From the NCBI GenBank assembly GCA_016202395.1, contig JACQOV010000051.1, positions 1-57,414 on the forward strand: a stretch of 57,414 bases of DNA, written 5' to 3'. A program made the position numbers and the translations under genes. Source of the stretch: Deltaproteobacteria bacterium. Lineage in GTDB: Bacteria; JACQOV01. The notes beneath the pieces were generated by a model. The model was not told the DNA's origin, searched no databases, and saw only the letters and a list, made by a program, of their open reading frames with translations. The stretch's first letter is position 1. Each line of letters begins with the position of its first letter. This document shows, in pieces, positions 8,646 to 18,928 of the stretch.

Positions 8646-11030
8646 ATGAACCATTGGAGACGACCTTGGATTTCACTCTTCTCATTAACGCTTTCCTTTC
8701 TTCTCTTAGGAGAGGCTTGCTCTAAATCGACCTCCTCTCTTCCCGAATCGATAGTTCTTGTCGGAGAAGAATATCTCTTCACTAAACCCTCCTTTGCCTT
8801 CCAGATGCAGGATCCAACCGCCTCGAATGGGAAATCGGTCGTGCTTGTCAAAGGGGGAAAGATTCAGCTGGAGTTATTAGGATGGAACCCCGATTATTCC
8901 CGTTGTCAACTCCATCGGACGCACACCCTCTACGGGGTTATCCAGGTTCAACAAGCGAAGGCAAAAAATCCGAAGGCGCAAAAGAAGCATCTGCTCCGTG
9001 TCGGCGTTGAAACGCGAGGGGGCAAACTTGTGGCAGAGGCCCCTCTTTCTCTAGAGGAGCTATTGGCCCACAAACAGGACGCCAACGGATGGAGAACGGT
9101 CAAACTTTTAACCTTTACGTTCGAAAGAGATAGTAACGTGCAACTCATGCCGTTCACACATCCGGAGGTGGCAGAGTTGCGGGTCGACCGCCTCTATCTT
9201 GTCTCCGACTACTTGCCTGTTAACGAGGCCGAGAGAAACGAGAGGATCCAGTCTCTCTATCCCAAGGAGCATTACGCCAACCACTTTAAGGATTTTTCTC
9301 TGGCGCTACTCTACCGGATGAAAAATTATCTTAACGAAGATCCTCAAGCGATCTTAGAGCGCCAACTCTACGATATTCGGCTTCACCACGTTGATACCGT
9401 TTTTATGGCAGGGGTCCCGGCAAAGACCTCCCCCGAGGAAGCTGAAATCATTAATCGTGCGGCTTTAGATATCTCGCAAAGGTTGGGCCTTCGAGCGGCC
9501 ATTTCATTATCCTCGTTCTTTCCGAGAAATCTGACTGACAAATTCGGAGAGACTCAACTCCCCGACGAAAAAAACATGAAGATCATTCGTGAGGCGATGC
9601 AGCATTATCTCCCCCTTTTTAAAGATCACCCCGCGCTTTTGGGTTATGTGCTCGTCGACGAGCCTTACCCCCATCAGTTGCCTTTGTTGGTGGCCATCCA
9701 GAGGGTGATTGAGGAGATCGATCCTGTCCATCCCGTTCTCACCTCGGTGCAGTCTCCTCATCAGGTGTATACCTACGCCTCTTCTCAAAATATGATGTTT
9801 TCTGGTTCTTATCCGTATGGGTCTAAGAAAGATTATTCTTATGTGTGGAGCTTAAAAGATACTATCACACAAATTCGGAAAAATATCTTTGGAGGGTATT
9901 ATTGGGTCTGTCTTCAAGGGTTCACTCGGGGGATCGAGGATCGAGTCACTCGGGCCGATTATCGTTTGCAAACTCACGTACAGATGATGGCTGGAATCGA
10001 TGGTTTAATTCATTACACCTATTTCCCACACCGTTATTCCATCCGTTCTGAGCAGAGCGAGAACTTCGGTTTCATCGACTTTGTGGAGGCGCCTTATGAG
10101 GGAGAACTCGATCTTTGGGGAGAGATCGAGGAGCTGGATGAGAGGTATTTCCCTTTTCGTGAGATATTTTCAAGGCTCAGCTCCCCCTCCCAAGCTCTTT
10201 CTGTTCGTGTAGAGAGTGGTAGCATCGAAGGAAGTTTAGGGCCCCGACCGGCGATCGAATTGCGGGTTCAGGAGATGTCTGGAGTGGGATTGTGGTTATT
10301 TCTGGCGAACATCGACGTTCAAAAAACACATTCCGGAAAACTGATCTTTCCCGCGGAACTTTTCAAAGGGAAAAAGGTGTACGATCTTTTGCGACTCCAA
10401 GAGATAGGGGAGGCGGTCCCTTCCCAATTCTCGATCGCTCCAGGGGACCTCTCCATCCTCTTGATTGCAGAGCCCGCGGGATACTTGCAGATTCGCGAGG
10501 AGATCTCAAAAAATCGATTTAAGGAAGAGGTCGCCGTTTTTCGGCTTCGACTTCAACCGGTGGGCCTGCGCACTTGGGATCCGGTTCTAGCGGAATTGGA
10601 GAGCTCTTCCAAACCGATGGAGGAACTTTTAAAGAAATTTTCGGAGATTCAAATTCAGGCTCAAAAAGCGATCCTTGAAGATAAGGAGTTCCAAAGTTTT
10701 ACCGCATCTCTGAAAGAGGTTGAAGGGAAGCTTTCTCAAGCAGGGGACTTCATCAAATCTGAAAAAATTATTCATGACAGGGTTTCTGAGAAACAGGCCA
10801 GAAAACGGAAGGTAGAACCGGAGAGGAATTGGGAGATCACTTCTCAAGAGGTGGAAAAATTGGACAAACAATTTACGGCCCTTGCGGGAAAGTATCTCGC
10901 TCTTAAAACCCTCTACATCACCGGTCAGTGGAAGGGGCATGGGTCGGAGCTTCCGATTTTGCAGAAAGAGGCGGATCAACTTCTCCAGTCGCAGGAATCT
11001 CCCCCTTCTAAAAAACATGAACTGCCTTAA
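8646..11030 (+). CDS. Putative lipoprotein with glycoside-hydrolase-like TIM barrel and C-terminal helical region
   Basis: Signal/lipobox LLGEAC; HPALLGYVLVDEP motif typical of GH-like barrels; start ATG 8646 after AAGGAG; family not assignable by eye. Confidence 0.6.
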   Translation: MNHWRRPWISLFSLTLSFLLLGEACSKSTSSLPESIVLVGEEYLFTKPSFAFQMQDPTASNGKSVVLVKGGKIQLELLGWNPDYSRCQLHRTHTLYGVIQVQQAKAKNPKAQKKHLLRVGVETRGGKLVAEAPLSLEELLAHKQDANGWRTVKLLTFTFERDSNVQLMPFTHPEVAELRVDRLYLVSDYLPVNEAERNERIQSLYPKEHYANHFKDFSLALLYRMKNYLNEDPQAILERQLYDIRLHHVDTVFMAGVPAKTSPEEAEIINRAALDISQRLGLRAAISLSSFFPRNLTDKFGETQLPDEKNMKIIREAMQHYLPLFKDHPALLGYVLVDEPYPHQLPLLVAIQRVIEEIDPVHPVLTSVQSPHQVYTYASSQNMMFSGSYPYGSKKDYSYVWSLKDTITQIRKNIFGGYYWVCLQGFTRGIEDRVTRADYRLQTHVQMMAGIDGLIHYTYFPHRYSIRSEQSENFGFIDFVEAPYEGELDLWGEIEELDERYFPFREIFSRLSSPSQALSVRVESGSIEGSLGPRPAIELRVQEMSGVGLWLFLANIDVQKTHSGKLIFPAELFKGKKVYDLLRLQEIGEAVPSQFSIAPGDLSILLIAEPAGYLQIREEISKNRFKEEVAVFRLRLQPVGLRTWDPVLAELESSSKPMEELLKKFSEIQIQAQKAILEDKEFQSFTASLKEVEGKLSQAGDFIKSEKIIHDRVSEKQARKRKVEPERNWEITSQEVEKLDKQFTALAGKYLALKTLYITGQWKGHGSELPILQKEADQLLQSQESPPSKKHELP

Positions 11031-12081
11031 GTTCTTCTTAATCTTTTTGTTTTTGGCGGGGTGCTCTTCTAAAGAGGAAGAGACTCCTGTGAGTCCGGAG
11101 GAGGAAGATCCCAACACCTCTGAGGAAGAAGAAGTGACCCCTGCGCTCTACTTTTTCTACGCGAATCACACCCATCTCGAGGGGGATTACCTCCCCTACA
11201 CCGATTCCAATCTAGAGCAGATTCGACCGTTGGTGGCTGAGAACATCATCAGCACGATCAGCGCGATCGCCGATGTCTTTGATTCCTATGGCGCAAAGAT
11301 CACCTTTGAGGTGGTTTATGGAACCTCCAAGGGAATCTGCGAGCATCAAGGGATTCAGGACAACGTTTTTCTCGATATGTCCTCGCGAGGGCATGAGATT
11401 GGGGTCCATACGCATCGAACGGCCGACATCGAGAAGGCGATGCAGAATCTCACCGAGTATTGTCAAATCCCTGTTTCAACGGCCAGTGGATTCATGGCAG
11501 AGGTTCGGAATTCCGACACGCCGCAGGCCTCGTTGTCGGAGGCCCTCCAGAGCTATGCGCAATGGGGAATCCACGCGGCAACCGAGAATCTCGTTGATTT
11601 GGATAACTCTACGTTCTTGTTTGGAGAACTTTGCAATTATGAGATTGGGGTTGGAAATGACATGTGGGAGGCGACGGGGAATTTGATGTTTCCCTGGAAG
11701 CCCGATTATGAGAATGGGGATAATTGTGTTCATAATCCGGAAGGGGATATTGTGATGACCGATCACGTATCGATTGCATGGATGAATCTCCAAGGCCATC
11801 CCGACGTTTTAACGACGGAACATTTTGATAATTTAAAGAGGTACTTTGATGAAGCGCTCAACTATATGGAGAGAGAGAAACCTTCCAAAATTGCGGTGTG
11901 GGGTTTTGTGAGCCACTTAACCGAGTTCATGCTAGGGGATCAGGGGGAGAGCGGTCCTTTTACCCCCTCGCTCGATGCCTTGAACGAGTTCCTTGAATAC
12001 GTCGATTCCTACGCGCAGCAAGGGCGGGTTCAGTACGCCACGGTCTCTCAAATTCGGGATCTTTATCTCGACCTGGAGTAA
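11017..12081 (+). CDS. Lipoprotein, polysaccharide deacetylase (NodB-like)/GH57-like barrel
   Basis: MNCLKFFLIFLFLAGC lipobox, acidic linker, YGAKITF and RGHEIGVHTH motifs. Confidence 0.65.
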   Translation: MNCLKFFLIFLFLAGCSSKEEETPVSPEEEDPNTSEEEEVTPALYFFYANHTHLEGDYLPYTDSNLEQIRPLVAENIISTISAIADVFDSYGAKITFEVVYGTSKGICEHQGIQDNVFLDMSSRGHEIGVHTHRTADIEKAMQNLTEYCQIPVSTASGFMAEVRNSDTPQASLSEALQSYAQWGIHAATENLVDLDNSTFLFGELCNYEIGVGNDMWEATGNLMFPWKPDYENGDNCVHNPEGDIVMTDHVSIAWMNLQGHPDVLTTEHFDNLKRYFDEALNYMEREKPSKIAVWGFVSHLTEFMLGDQGESGPFTPSLDALNEFLEYVDSYAQQGRVQYATVSQIRDLYLDLE

Positions 12082-12160
12082 AATAATAGTGAAAAGTTTG
12101 CGTACCCATTCCGCACAATTTGCGTTTTTTATAGGGGAGTGTCTTTAAAAATACTAATAA

Positions 12161-12173
12161 TTTCAATTAGTTA
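12161..12173 (+). promoter_or_regulatory. IHF-like site
   Basis: TTTCAATTAGTTA, one mismatch to WATCAANNNNTTR, just upstream of the sigma54 promoter at 12188. Confidence 0.5.
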
Positions 12174-12187
12174 CGATTTTATCTTCT

Positions 12188-12203
12188 TGGTACGATTCTT
12201 GCA
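12188..12203 (+). promoter_or_regulatory. sigma54 (-24/-12) promoter
   Basis: TGGTACGATTCTTGCA: GG-N10-GC; lies inside the ORF-track N-terminal extension, supporting the later start at 12244. Confidence 0.8.
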
Positions 12204-12243
12204 TCAAACTCAAGGGGGCGAGGTGAAAAGTATGGAGGCGAAG

Positions 12244-13743
12244 ATGAAATTTAAGGTGTCGATAGGGATTTTGTCAGCCCTCTTCCTATGGGCGAGCCTG
12301 TGTTATGAACTGGGTTGTGGAGGGGATACGCGAACTCGAGGGACCGCCTCCGATGGGGCCGGCGATGCGATGGTGGCGGGGAACAGCTCATCGGAAGAAG
12401 CTGTCAGTCCCTGTGCCCCCTTAGTCAGCTCCAGTTCGTTAACCGCTTATGCGGGCAAAGTAACAGCCCTTAACTTTTCCGGGGGATCGGTGACCGTCGA
12501 TGGGGTAGAAAATGGGGTAGAAGAAGAGATAACCGTCTCAGCAAACGATGTGACGGGGGTTCAATTAGTGAACCCGATAACCTCTGAGGCTTGGGATGTA
12601 CCGATTGTGGGGAAGAATCTGGACGGTTCCAAATTAGTGGCTAAGGTCCCCCCCACAAGTGGTTTGCTATCGGATCAGGATTATCAGGTAAAAGTTTTAA
12701 CCGGCATTTCCGCCTGCAGCACGATCAATTTGAACGATCGATTATCAATGATCGACCGCCCCAGTTTAATTACTATCGCATCAGAGGGGACTCAAACAGT
12801 CTCTTCGGTGGGGCCCTTACTGGATATTTTCGAGTTGGAGGATGGGATTTCCCTTGTTGCGGGGACGACAGGGTTTAAAAAGATTAATGAGGCTAGGATC
12901 GTTATCTCCACGTTTAAAGTTCCTGCAGGAACGGGAGTCGGAGGGGGGAATACGATCAACCCATTTACTTTCACCAGTCCTAGTTCAATCGACGTGATCG
13001 CTTTTTCTCCGCCCACGGGGGAATCCGAGGCTACGCGGTCGATGTATATCGTGGACGGCGATGGGGAATTGTTGGCCACTGTGGATTCCGAATTGCCAGC
13101 ACTTCAGGCAATAGCTATCTCGCCTGATGGGACCCGCCTCCTATTCGGACTCCTCTGCAGTGTGAAGATGCTAGACATCTCAGCGGTCCTTGAGAATGAC
13201 AGTGGAGATCCTCTCAGTCTCTCGGGGGATGATGCAACCGCAGTGAGTGTTTCTAACAATTGTGGAGCCCTCAAAAAGATCCGATGGCTCCCAGCCGACA
13301 GTAGGAATTTTGTGCTAGTTCATGAGAACCGTATTTTTAAAAGAGATATTGAGGGGAGTACCAGTTTGAATTACACCACCACCGATACCCTTGTTGATGT
13401 GGTTTTGCCTCGCTCTGCTGAGTCAGAGGAGTTTGTTGCCGTCACCAGTCTCGGTAAGGTAAAGAGGATTCGATCTGCAGATCTTACCGATATAAGCGAG
13501 ATAGATTGCGCTCTAACAGGGGTTAGCGATTCTGTCATTAGCCACGATGATGGCACGGTCCACGTGATCAATGACTCGGGGGACACGGACTGTAGCGTTA
13601 ATCTAAGTAATGAAACTTCTACGAAGATGTCCCTGACTCTGACTGGAGCCATCAAACGGACTACGATTACAGGAGAATCCCTCTGGGGGGTTAATCCCGA
13701 TGAGGGCAACACCCTCATGAAAATATACGGTCAGGGTCAGTAG
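12244..13743 (+). CDS. Hypothetical lipoprotein, beta-rich (possible Ig-like plus beta-propeller)
   Basis: GGAGG RBS 5 nt before ATG 12244; signal ending ELGC-GG; AIAISPDGTRL propeller-like motif. Confidence 0.65.
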   Translation: MKFKVSIGILSALFLWASLCYELGCGGDTRTRGTASDGAGDAMVAGNSSSEEAVSPCAPLVSSSSLTAYAGKVTALNFSGGSVTVDGVENGVEEEITVSANDVTGVQLVNPITSEAWDVPIVGKNLDGSKLVAKVPPTSGLLSDQDYQVKVLTGISACSTINLNDRLSMIDRPSLITIASEGTQTVSSVGPLLDIFELEDGISLVAGTTGFKKINEARIVISTFKVPAGTGVGGGNTINPFTFTSPSSIDVIAFSPPTGESEATRSMYIVDGDGELLATVDSELPALQAIAISPDGTRLLFGLLCSVKMLDISAVLENDSGDPLSLSGDDATAVSVSNNCGALKKIRWLPADSRNFVLVHENRIFKRDIEGSTSLNYTTTDTLVDVVLPRSAESEEFVAVTSLGKVKRIRSADLTDISEIDCALTGVSDSVISHDDGTVHVINDSGDTDCSVNLSNETSTKMSLTLTGAIKRTTITGESLWGVNPDEGNTLMKIYGQGQ

Positions 13744-13772
13744 GGGGTCAGACCTAACTATCTAACTATTTG
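13744..13772 (+). repeat. RAYT-associated repeat R1
   Basis: 29-bp copy preceded by GTAG whose TAG is the stop of the upstream gene. Confidence 0.95.
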
Positions 13773-14733
13773 GGGGATAAAATCTTTTCTTGTTTTGAAT
13801 GAGCTTCCTTTCGAGATGAGCCATTTCTTTTTGAAGATTAGGGTCCTGATCGAGGAGCTTTTGGAGTCGTTTCATTTGCATCGTTAAGATCGTGGGTTCC
13901 CTTTGGTAGCGTTTTCCTACCTCTTTAAATGTTCCTCCCTTTAATCTCTTCCAGAAGTAAGCAATCCATATTCTTGCTCGTGCTTCTTTTCTTGTGCGAT
14001 CCGGATGCTGTAGTACTTTTGGGTAGGTGCCCAGGACTCTGCAGACTTCATTCTCTATTTCATCCAAAGAAATTTCCCAGAAACAAGAAAAAGTTTCTTG
14101 TAATTTCTTCTCCACTTTCGAGTTAAATTCGCTACTTCCTTGAATTCGTTGGCTGCCAATCTTTTCGAAAGGGTCTTCATAATTGAGGGAAATCCCGTCG
14201 AGGATAAATTGTGCGAAGCGATCTCGAGCGATTTCTATTTTTGATGAAAATTGGGAAAGTACGAGGTGAGTTTCAATCCAACTTTCTTGTCTTTGTCCTA
14301 TATAAACGGAATAGGTGGTCCATGGGTAATCAGCTAAATTTTGTGTGAGATTAGCTCGTAGAGGATTCAGGTGAACGTACCGGACGAGCTCAAGGAGGTA
14401 TGATTCTTTATCGCAGAGAATCGCTTTGTATCGCCCTTGAAAAAGGTGTCCCACTCTTCCGTACTTTTTGTTGAAGTATTGTGTATAGGAAGAGAGGAAA
14501 GCTTGGAAAATTTTACTGAGTGGGGTTTCCTGAGCCTCGATTAAACAATGGAAGTGATTAGGCATCAAGGCATAGGCATAAAGCTGGAAGGGGTATTTTT
14601 TGTGGTAGTGCTGAAGACGAGAAATGAATTCGCTATGGTCCCTTTGATCAAAGAAAATAGGTTGCTTTTGGTTTCCTCTTGAAAAGAGGTGATAAAAGGC
14701 GCCGGAATAATGAATGCGAGGCTTTCTTGGCAT
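13762..14733 (-). CDS. REP-associated tyrosine transposase (RAYT/Y1_Tnp) with C-terminal HTH-like extension
   Basis: MPRKPR..YHLFSRGN, LYAYALMPNHFH (HUH), GHLFQGRY, RYVHLNP (catalytic Tyr); stop codon lies inside the left repeat. Confidence 0.93.
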   Translation of the reverse strand: MPRKPRIHYSGAFYHLFSRGNQKQPIFFDQRDHSEFISRLQHYHKKYPFQLYAYALMPNHFHCLIEAQETPLSKIFQAFLSSYTQYFNKKYGRVGHLFQGRYKAILCDKESYLLELVRYVHLNPLRANLTQNLADYPWTTYSVYIGQRQESWIETHLVLSQFSSKIEIARDRFAQFILDGISLNYEDPFEKIGSQRIQGSSEFNSKVEKKLQETFSCFWEISLDEIENEVCRVLGTYPKVLQHPDRTRKEARARIWIAYFWKRLKGGTFKEVGKRYQREPTILTMQMKRLQKLLDQDPNLQKEMAHLERKLIQNKKRFYPPNS

Positions 14734-14782
14734 CCTAATAGTTCCTTCGACATGAAAGGTGCATTTGTTGCTTTTATTTCTT

Positions 14783-14811
14783 CAAATAGTTAGATAGTTA
14801 GGTCTGACCCC
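14783..14811 (-). repeat. RAYT-associated repeat R2
   Basis: Exact reverse complement of R1. Confidence 0.95.
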
Positions 14812-14873
14812 ATGGTTGTGAAGGATTGCTGACAGTGGGATGTAAGAGGATCTTCACAGTATTTTCATAGTAA

Positions 14874-14886
14874 TATCAATAAGTTA
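14874..14886 (+). promoter_or_regulatory. IHF site
   Basis: TATCAATAAGTTA, perfect WATCAANNNNTTR. Confidence 0.65.
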
Positions 14887-14952
14887 TAGAATCGTCCCTA
14901 TTTTCGCCAACCTTCGTTGACAATTCCACACCCCAAAAATAAGACATGCCCT

Positions 14953-14976
14953 GATGACGCAATGCATTGCGTCATC
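14953..14976. promoter_or_regulatory. 24-bp perfect palindrome, candidate upstream activating sequence
   Basis: GATGACGCAATGCATTGCGTCATC, ending ~70 bp upstream of the sigma54 GG at 15046. Confidence 0.65.
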
Positions 14977-15044
14977 GCGTTATCCTATTCAAATTCAATC
15001 CCTTGCAAAGCTCCCCTTGGATGAGCCTCTGTTGAAGCCCCCTT

Positions 15045-15060
15045 TGGCACAGGTTTTGCA
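15045..15060 (+). promoter_or_regulatory. sigma54 (-24/-12) promoter
   Basis: TGGCACAGGTTTTGCA: GG-N10-GC, near-perfect consensus. Confidence 0.9.
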
Positions 15061-15110
15061 AAGTCTCTTCGGTGCGAGGAGTCGTTGGACCTTTAAAAAG
15101 GGAGGGAAAT

Positions 15111-16820
15111 ATGGATCGCTTCAAAAACTTTACAGGGTTGCTAGCCGTGGTTGGGATCATCCTCACAGGTTGTGGCGGAGATGAAGAGACCCGATCAACG
15201 GGGGAGGGGGCTCCTTCCGAGGCCCTCGAGATTTCAAGCGTCGGCTCTTGTTATGCCGTTGTGGGGGAGTCCACCTCTCTCAGTCTTCAAGGAAGCGGTT
15301 TCCAAGGAGGAGCCACCGTCCTTTTTGGCCAGGAGAATGGAGAGGAATTTGGAATTGCCGATGAGAGCGCCATCTCCATCGAAGCCGTTACCGCTTCTTC
15401 TTCTGAAACAATCGATTTAACCGTTACCTGTCACGTGGAAGGATCCTTTGCCATCGCTGTTCAGAATCCAGATGGAACCTCCGATTCTATCGATGGCGTG
15501 TTCCAATGTTCGAGTGAGGCAATCGATTGCTCAGCTGAGCCGACTCCAGCCGATCCCGCTTCTATGGTAAATCTACTTGGAGATCTTCTGGATCAGTTGG
15601 CTCAGGGTGTGGTGGGAAATTTCACTCCCAACATCCTTGCTTACAGTCCTGAAACAGCCACAGCGGGGGAGGCCGTCAGCGTATGGGGATCAAGGTTGGA
15701 AGGGTTTGAGGTTCAGGTGGTGGGGCCTTGTGGGGATCCTCAAGCTGTCACCCGATATGAACCGCTTCTCTCGAACATTCTCGCAAAATTCGATATGCCG
15801 GATTTTGATGCCTGTGGAGAGACAGGGGATACCTTTCCTGTGGCTGTCCAATTCCTTAACCAGGGGGTTGTTGTCGAGTTGGAGGGGAAAGCCGTGGGGA
15901 ATTCCATCACCTTAAATTATTACATTCCGGAGCCCGAGCCTGCACCGACGGTAGAGATTACGGAGTATAGTCCCACGAGTGGAACCTCTGGCGATACAGT
16001 GACTCTTAAGACAAACCAGGGGTTGAAAGACCTATCCATTACCGTTTTTCTGGAAGGGAGAGCGGAGTTTCCAGTAGAGAGAACAGAGAATTCTCTGTGG
16101 TCCAATATCATGGCGACCTTCACCATGCCCTCTTTCGATGAGTATGGAAACTCGCTCGACACACTCGACGTGCGAATTAAATTCAAATCAGCCGAGGGAG
16201 AATCAGTTTCCCTGGTGTACAACGGAGGAACGGTAGGGTCTCTGGGTTTTGCCTATATTGTTCCTTTGAATCCTGCCGATGTCTTTGTGGCGACCGATAT
16301 CATTGATGTGCTCGGTAAGGTGCTGCATCCAGAAGAACCGGAGATCCCGGATGTGGAGGAGGTCATTCAAACGGTTGTCGATATTCTCAAAGATAAGGCC
16401 CCGATCGAGGAGGAGGAAGAGGGGATTACACCGGTTTTGATTATTCCAGATTTCGAAGGGGTGGTTCGAGCTACTGACGAGGAGGAGACGCTGAGCCCCG
16501 AGGATCTTTTGGAGAAACTTCGAAGGGTCGAGAGGATTTTTGGTCCTTCGGCGGAGGAGATTTTTAGAAAGGTCGTCGATATTCTTAACAAACTTTCTCC
16601 AGAAGAGGAGAAGCCCATCGTCCCGGTTTTGATCGTGCCGGATCTCGATCAGGCGATGAATCAGCTCGATCTCGTGGAAATCAACTCTGCGGATATCCTT
16701 GAAAGTTTGGATATCGGGGATCTCCTAAACGAGGTTTTTGATGAGGATCCCATCTCCCCGGTGTTGGTCATCGATGTGAAGGGGGCTGTGAGTCTTTTGA
16801 GAACAGCGCCAACGGAGTAA
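15111..16820 (+). CDS. Lipoprotein with IPT/Ig-like repeats and acidic C-terminal repeats; lead gene of cartridge operon 1
   Basis: RBS AGGGAGGG; lipobox ILTGC; two YSPxxxxxG(E/D)xV IPT-like starts; three PVL(I/V)(I/V) repeats. Confidence 0.7.
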   Translation: MDRFKNFTGLLAVVGIILTGCGGDEETRSTGEGAPSEALEISSVGSCYAVVGESTSLSLQGSGFQGGATVLFGQENGEEFGIADESAISIEAVTASSSETIDLTVTCHVEGSFAIAVQNPDGTSDSIDGVFQCSSEAIDCSAEPTPADPASMVNLLGDLLDQLAQGVVGNFTPNILAYSPETATAGEAVSVWGSRLEGFEVQVVGPCGDPQAVTRYEPLLSNILAKFDMPDFDACGETGDTFPVAVQFLNQGVVVELEGKAVGNSITLNYYIPEPEPAPTVEITEYSPTSGTSGDTVTLKTNQGLKDLSITVFLEGRAEFPVERTENSLWSNIMATFTMPSFDEYGNSLDTLDVRIKFKSAEGESVSLVYNGGTVGSLGFAYIVPLNPADVFVATDIIDVLGKVLHPEEPEIPDVEEVIQTVVDILKDKAPIEEEEEGITPVLIIPDFEGVVRATDEEETLSPEDLLEKLRRVERIFGPSAEEIFRKVVDILNKLSPEEEKPIVPVLIVPDLDQAMNQLDLVEINSADILESLDIGDLLNEVFDEDPISPVLVIDVKGAVSLLRTAPTE

Positions 16821-16830
16821 AGGGGGAGTC

Positions 16831-17901
16831 GTGAAATGGATCTTTTATGCCGCGGGAATAGGGATATGGGGCTTGTCACTGGCTCACGCCTCTTTGACGC
16901 CGCTCCAAACCGAAACAGCTTTCTATCTTCTAGATCATTTGAGCAGCCTCCGTGTTGTGACCACTGAGGAAGGAAGCCCTCTCACTCATTATGTCTATTA
17001 TCCTTATGGCGAGACTCGGAACGAACAGCCAACCGCCAATGAGCAGTCGCCATTTCGATACACAGGGCAGCGATTCGATTCCGAGACCCATCTTTATGAT
17101 TACGGCGCTCGGTACTACGATCCTAAGATCGGCCGCTTCCTTTCTATCGATCCTGATCCGCAAGGTTTTCTCAGTCATTATTCTTACGTGAAAAACAACC
17201 CGCTGATTTATGTCGATCCGAACGGCCAATGGGAGGTGTGGTTTCACTACGCCCTCACGGTAGAAATAACAAAAAGTCTAGGGTATTCCGACCAAGATGT
17301 TGCGGAGATCGGTTACTTTGCCGCAAGGGTGGATAAGATGTGGACGGGGCCTTCAAAAAACTTCTCCTCTTTGGCTTTTATTGGTGTCCCTTCCCTCCAC
17401 TTTAAGAGCGCTTGGAGCAGCCTCTTTTTCCTGGACCGTTTGAAAATGTCTTGGTTGCCTCAGAATTATCGATTAGGGGCGTTGTTGCATCAAGCTCAAG
17501 ATTACGAAGCCCATGCCAATTTTTGGTTTCCGTCTCCTTTGGAGTCCCTTTTGCAACTCATTCATCATGTCGGTTTGGGAGAAAGGTTCTATCCCGATGA
17601 TCCAACCCAGAAACCGGATAAGACCTTGGCGGCGGCCGATGCGACAGTGGCTCAAATTTTGAAAGGTCCGCAATATAAAGGCCTGTCGGTGGAAGAAAAG
17701 ATCAAACTCCGCGACGAGATTGTGGAGGACGTGGTTCCCAAGATCTTGAATCATGCAGATGCCCGTCGATCGGCATTCGCTCAAATAGAGCCAGAGATTA
17801 TGGATCCGAATACCTCTAAGGAGGAGCAGGCAGAGTTGTACAAAAACTATCAGCAACAGCTAGGACAGATTGAAATGATCGAGGTCGGAAGTGAGGATTG
17901 A
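16831..17901 (+). CDS. Cartridge 1: signal peptide + Rhs-associated core + Zn-PLC/S1-P1/Het-C-like tip
   Basis: LSLAHA signal; [41 protein letters not shown]; tip starts QWEVWFH and has [10 protein letters not shown]. Confidence 0.85.
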   Translation: MKWIFYAAGIGIWGLSLAHASLTPLQTETAFYLLDHLSSLRVVTTEEGSPLTHYVYYPYGETRNEQPTANEQSPFRYTGQRFDSETHLYDYGARYYDPKIGRFLSIDPDPQGFLSHYSYVKNNPLIYVDPNGQWEVWFHYALTVEITKSLGYSDQDVAEIGYFAARVDKMWTGPSKNFSSLAFIGVPSLHFKSAWSSLFFLDRLKMSWLPQNYRLGALLHQAQDYEAHANFWFPSPLESLLQLIHHVGLGERFYPDDPTQKPDKTLAAADATVAQILKGPQYKGLSVEEKIKLRDEIVEDVVPKILNHADARRSAFAQIEPEIMDPNTSKEEQAELYKNYQQQLGQIEMIEVGSED

Positions 17902-17902
17902 G

Positions 17903-18880
17903 ATGTTGAGAGAATCTATTTTTTGGATGGGATGTCTATGTTTCTTCCTGTTAGTGCGCCATGGGGCCGCTTCCCCTTCTCCACAAACCGAGACAGCCTT
18001 TTATTTAACGGATCACCTTGGCAGCACGCGGGTGGTGACCAACCCACAAGGAAGCGCACTAGCCCGCCATTCTTATTATCCCTATGGGGAGGTGCGAAAT
18101 CCTCTCTCTGAATCCATGGAAACTCCTCATTTGTTTACAGGACAGGAATATGATTCGGCGGTAGAGCTCTATTATTACGGCGCTCGTTATTATGAACCCT
18201 CACTCGGAAGATTTCTAAGTCTAGACCCTCTTTTAAGGAAAGCCATACGAAGAGAGGAAGACAACCGTGGAAAGAGTTTTGTCGGCAGACCTATCGTATG
18301 GAATGGCTATGTTTACACTCGTAATAATCCCATTCGGTACCTGGATCCCACGGGTGAGGATGACCTCGAGTTTAAAGACAGCTATGACCTTAGTAGGCAG
18401 CTACATAACGGCAAACTTCGATTGGAACTGGGGGATGTGGTGTATCTTGCTCGTGAGGAGCAGGAATACACGGTGACTCGAGTTTTTGGTAAGAGTGACA
18501 AGGTTGAAGGGTATTTGTCCATTCGACCGAAAGATGAAGTGAAAGGGGAGTTATGGATTGCAACAGGCTCTGAAAAGGGGTTATGGGAGGAGTTGAGTGA
18601 TGCCTTAAGAGATCATCCAAAGACAACGGAGGAAATTATAGAAAATGCTTTTGAATTTGCGAAATTTGTAAAATCGCAAGAATTTGATGTGATTGCTGTG
18701 CTTCCCGTGGATGAGAAAGGAGATGTTATGATGGACTCACGACCTGAAAATGTCTATAGCCTCTTTTTTGATTCTATGGCTCTAGGAGAAGATGGTACCA
18801 TACCGCTTCCGTATCCTATCTCGCTGGACGGATTTTACGATGTTGTGAGGAAGCTATACGGCCCCCCTCCTGAAGATTAG
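17903..18880 (+). CDS. Cartridge 2: signal peptide + Rhs core + unknown acidic tip
   Basis: FYLTDHLGSTRVVT..YYYGARYYEP..NNPIRYLDPTG; ATG 17903 after GAGGA. Confidence 0.85.
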   Translation: MLRESIFWMGCLCFFLLVRHGAASPSPQTETAFYLTDHLGSTRVVTNPQGSALARHSYYPYGEVRNPLSESMETPHLFTGQEYDSAVELYYYGARYYEPSLGRFLSLDPLLRKAIRREEDNRGKSFVGRPIVWNGYVYTRNNPIRYLDPTGEDDLEFKDSYDLSRQLHNGKLRLELGDVVYLAREEQEYTVTRVFGKSDKVEGYLSIRPKDEVKGELWIATGSEKGLWEELSDALRDHPKTTEEIIENAFEFAKFVKSQEFDVIAVLPVDEKGDVMMDSRPENVYSLFFDSMALGEDGTIPLPYPISLDGFYDVVRKLYGPPPED

Positions 18881-18907
18881 GGGGTCAGACCTAACTATCT
18901 AACTATT
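18881..18907 (+). repeat. RAYT-associated repeat R3
   Basis: GGGGTCAGACCTAACTATCTAACTATT immediately after the TAG stop of cartridge 2 and 21 nt before cartridge 3. Confidence 0.95.
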
Positions 18908-18928
18908 GGCTAACTATGGTGGAGGAGA

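Larger units (their letters stand above)
13744..14811 (-). mobile_element. RAYT-type HUH transposase element bounded by 29-bp perfect inverted repeats
   Basis: GGGGTCAGACCTAACTATCTAACTATTTG at 13744-13772 and its exact reverse complement at 14783-14811; no target duplication seen. Confidence 0.88.
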
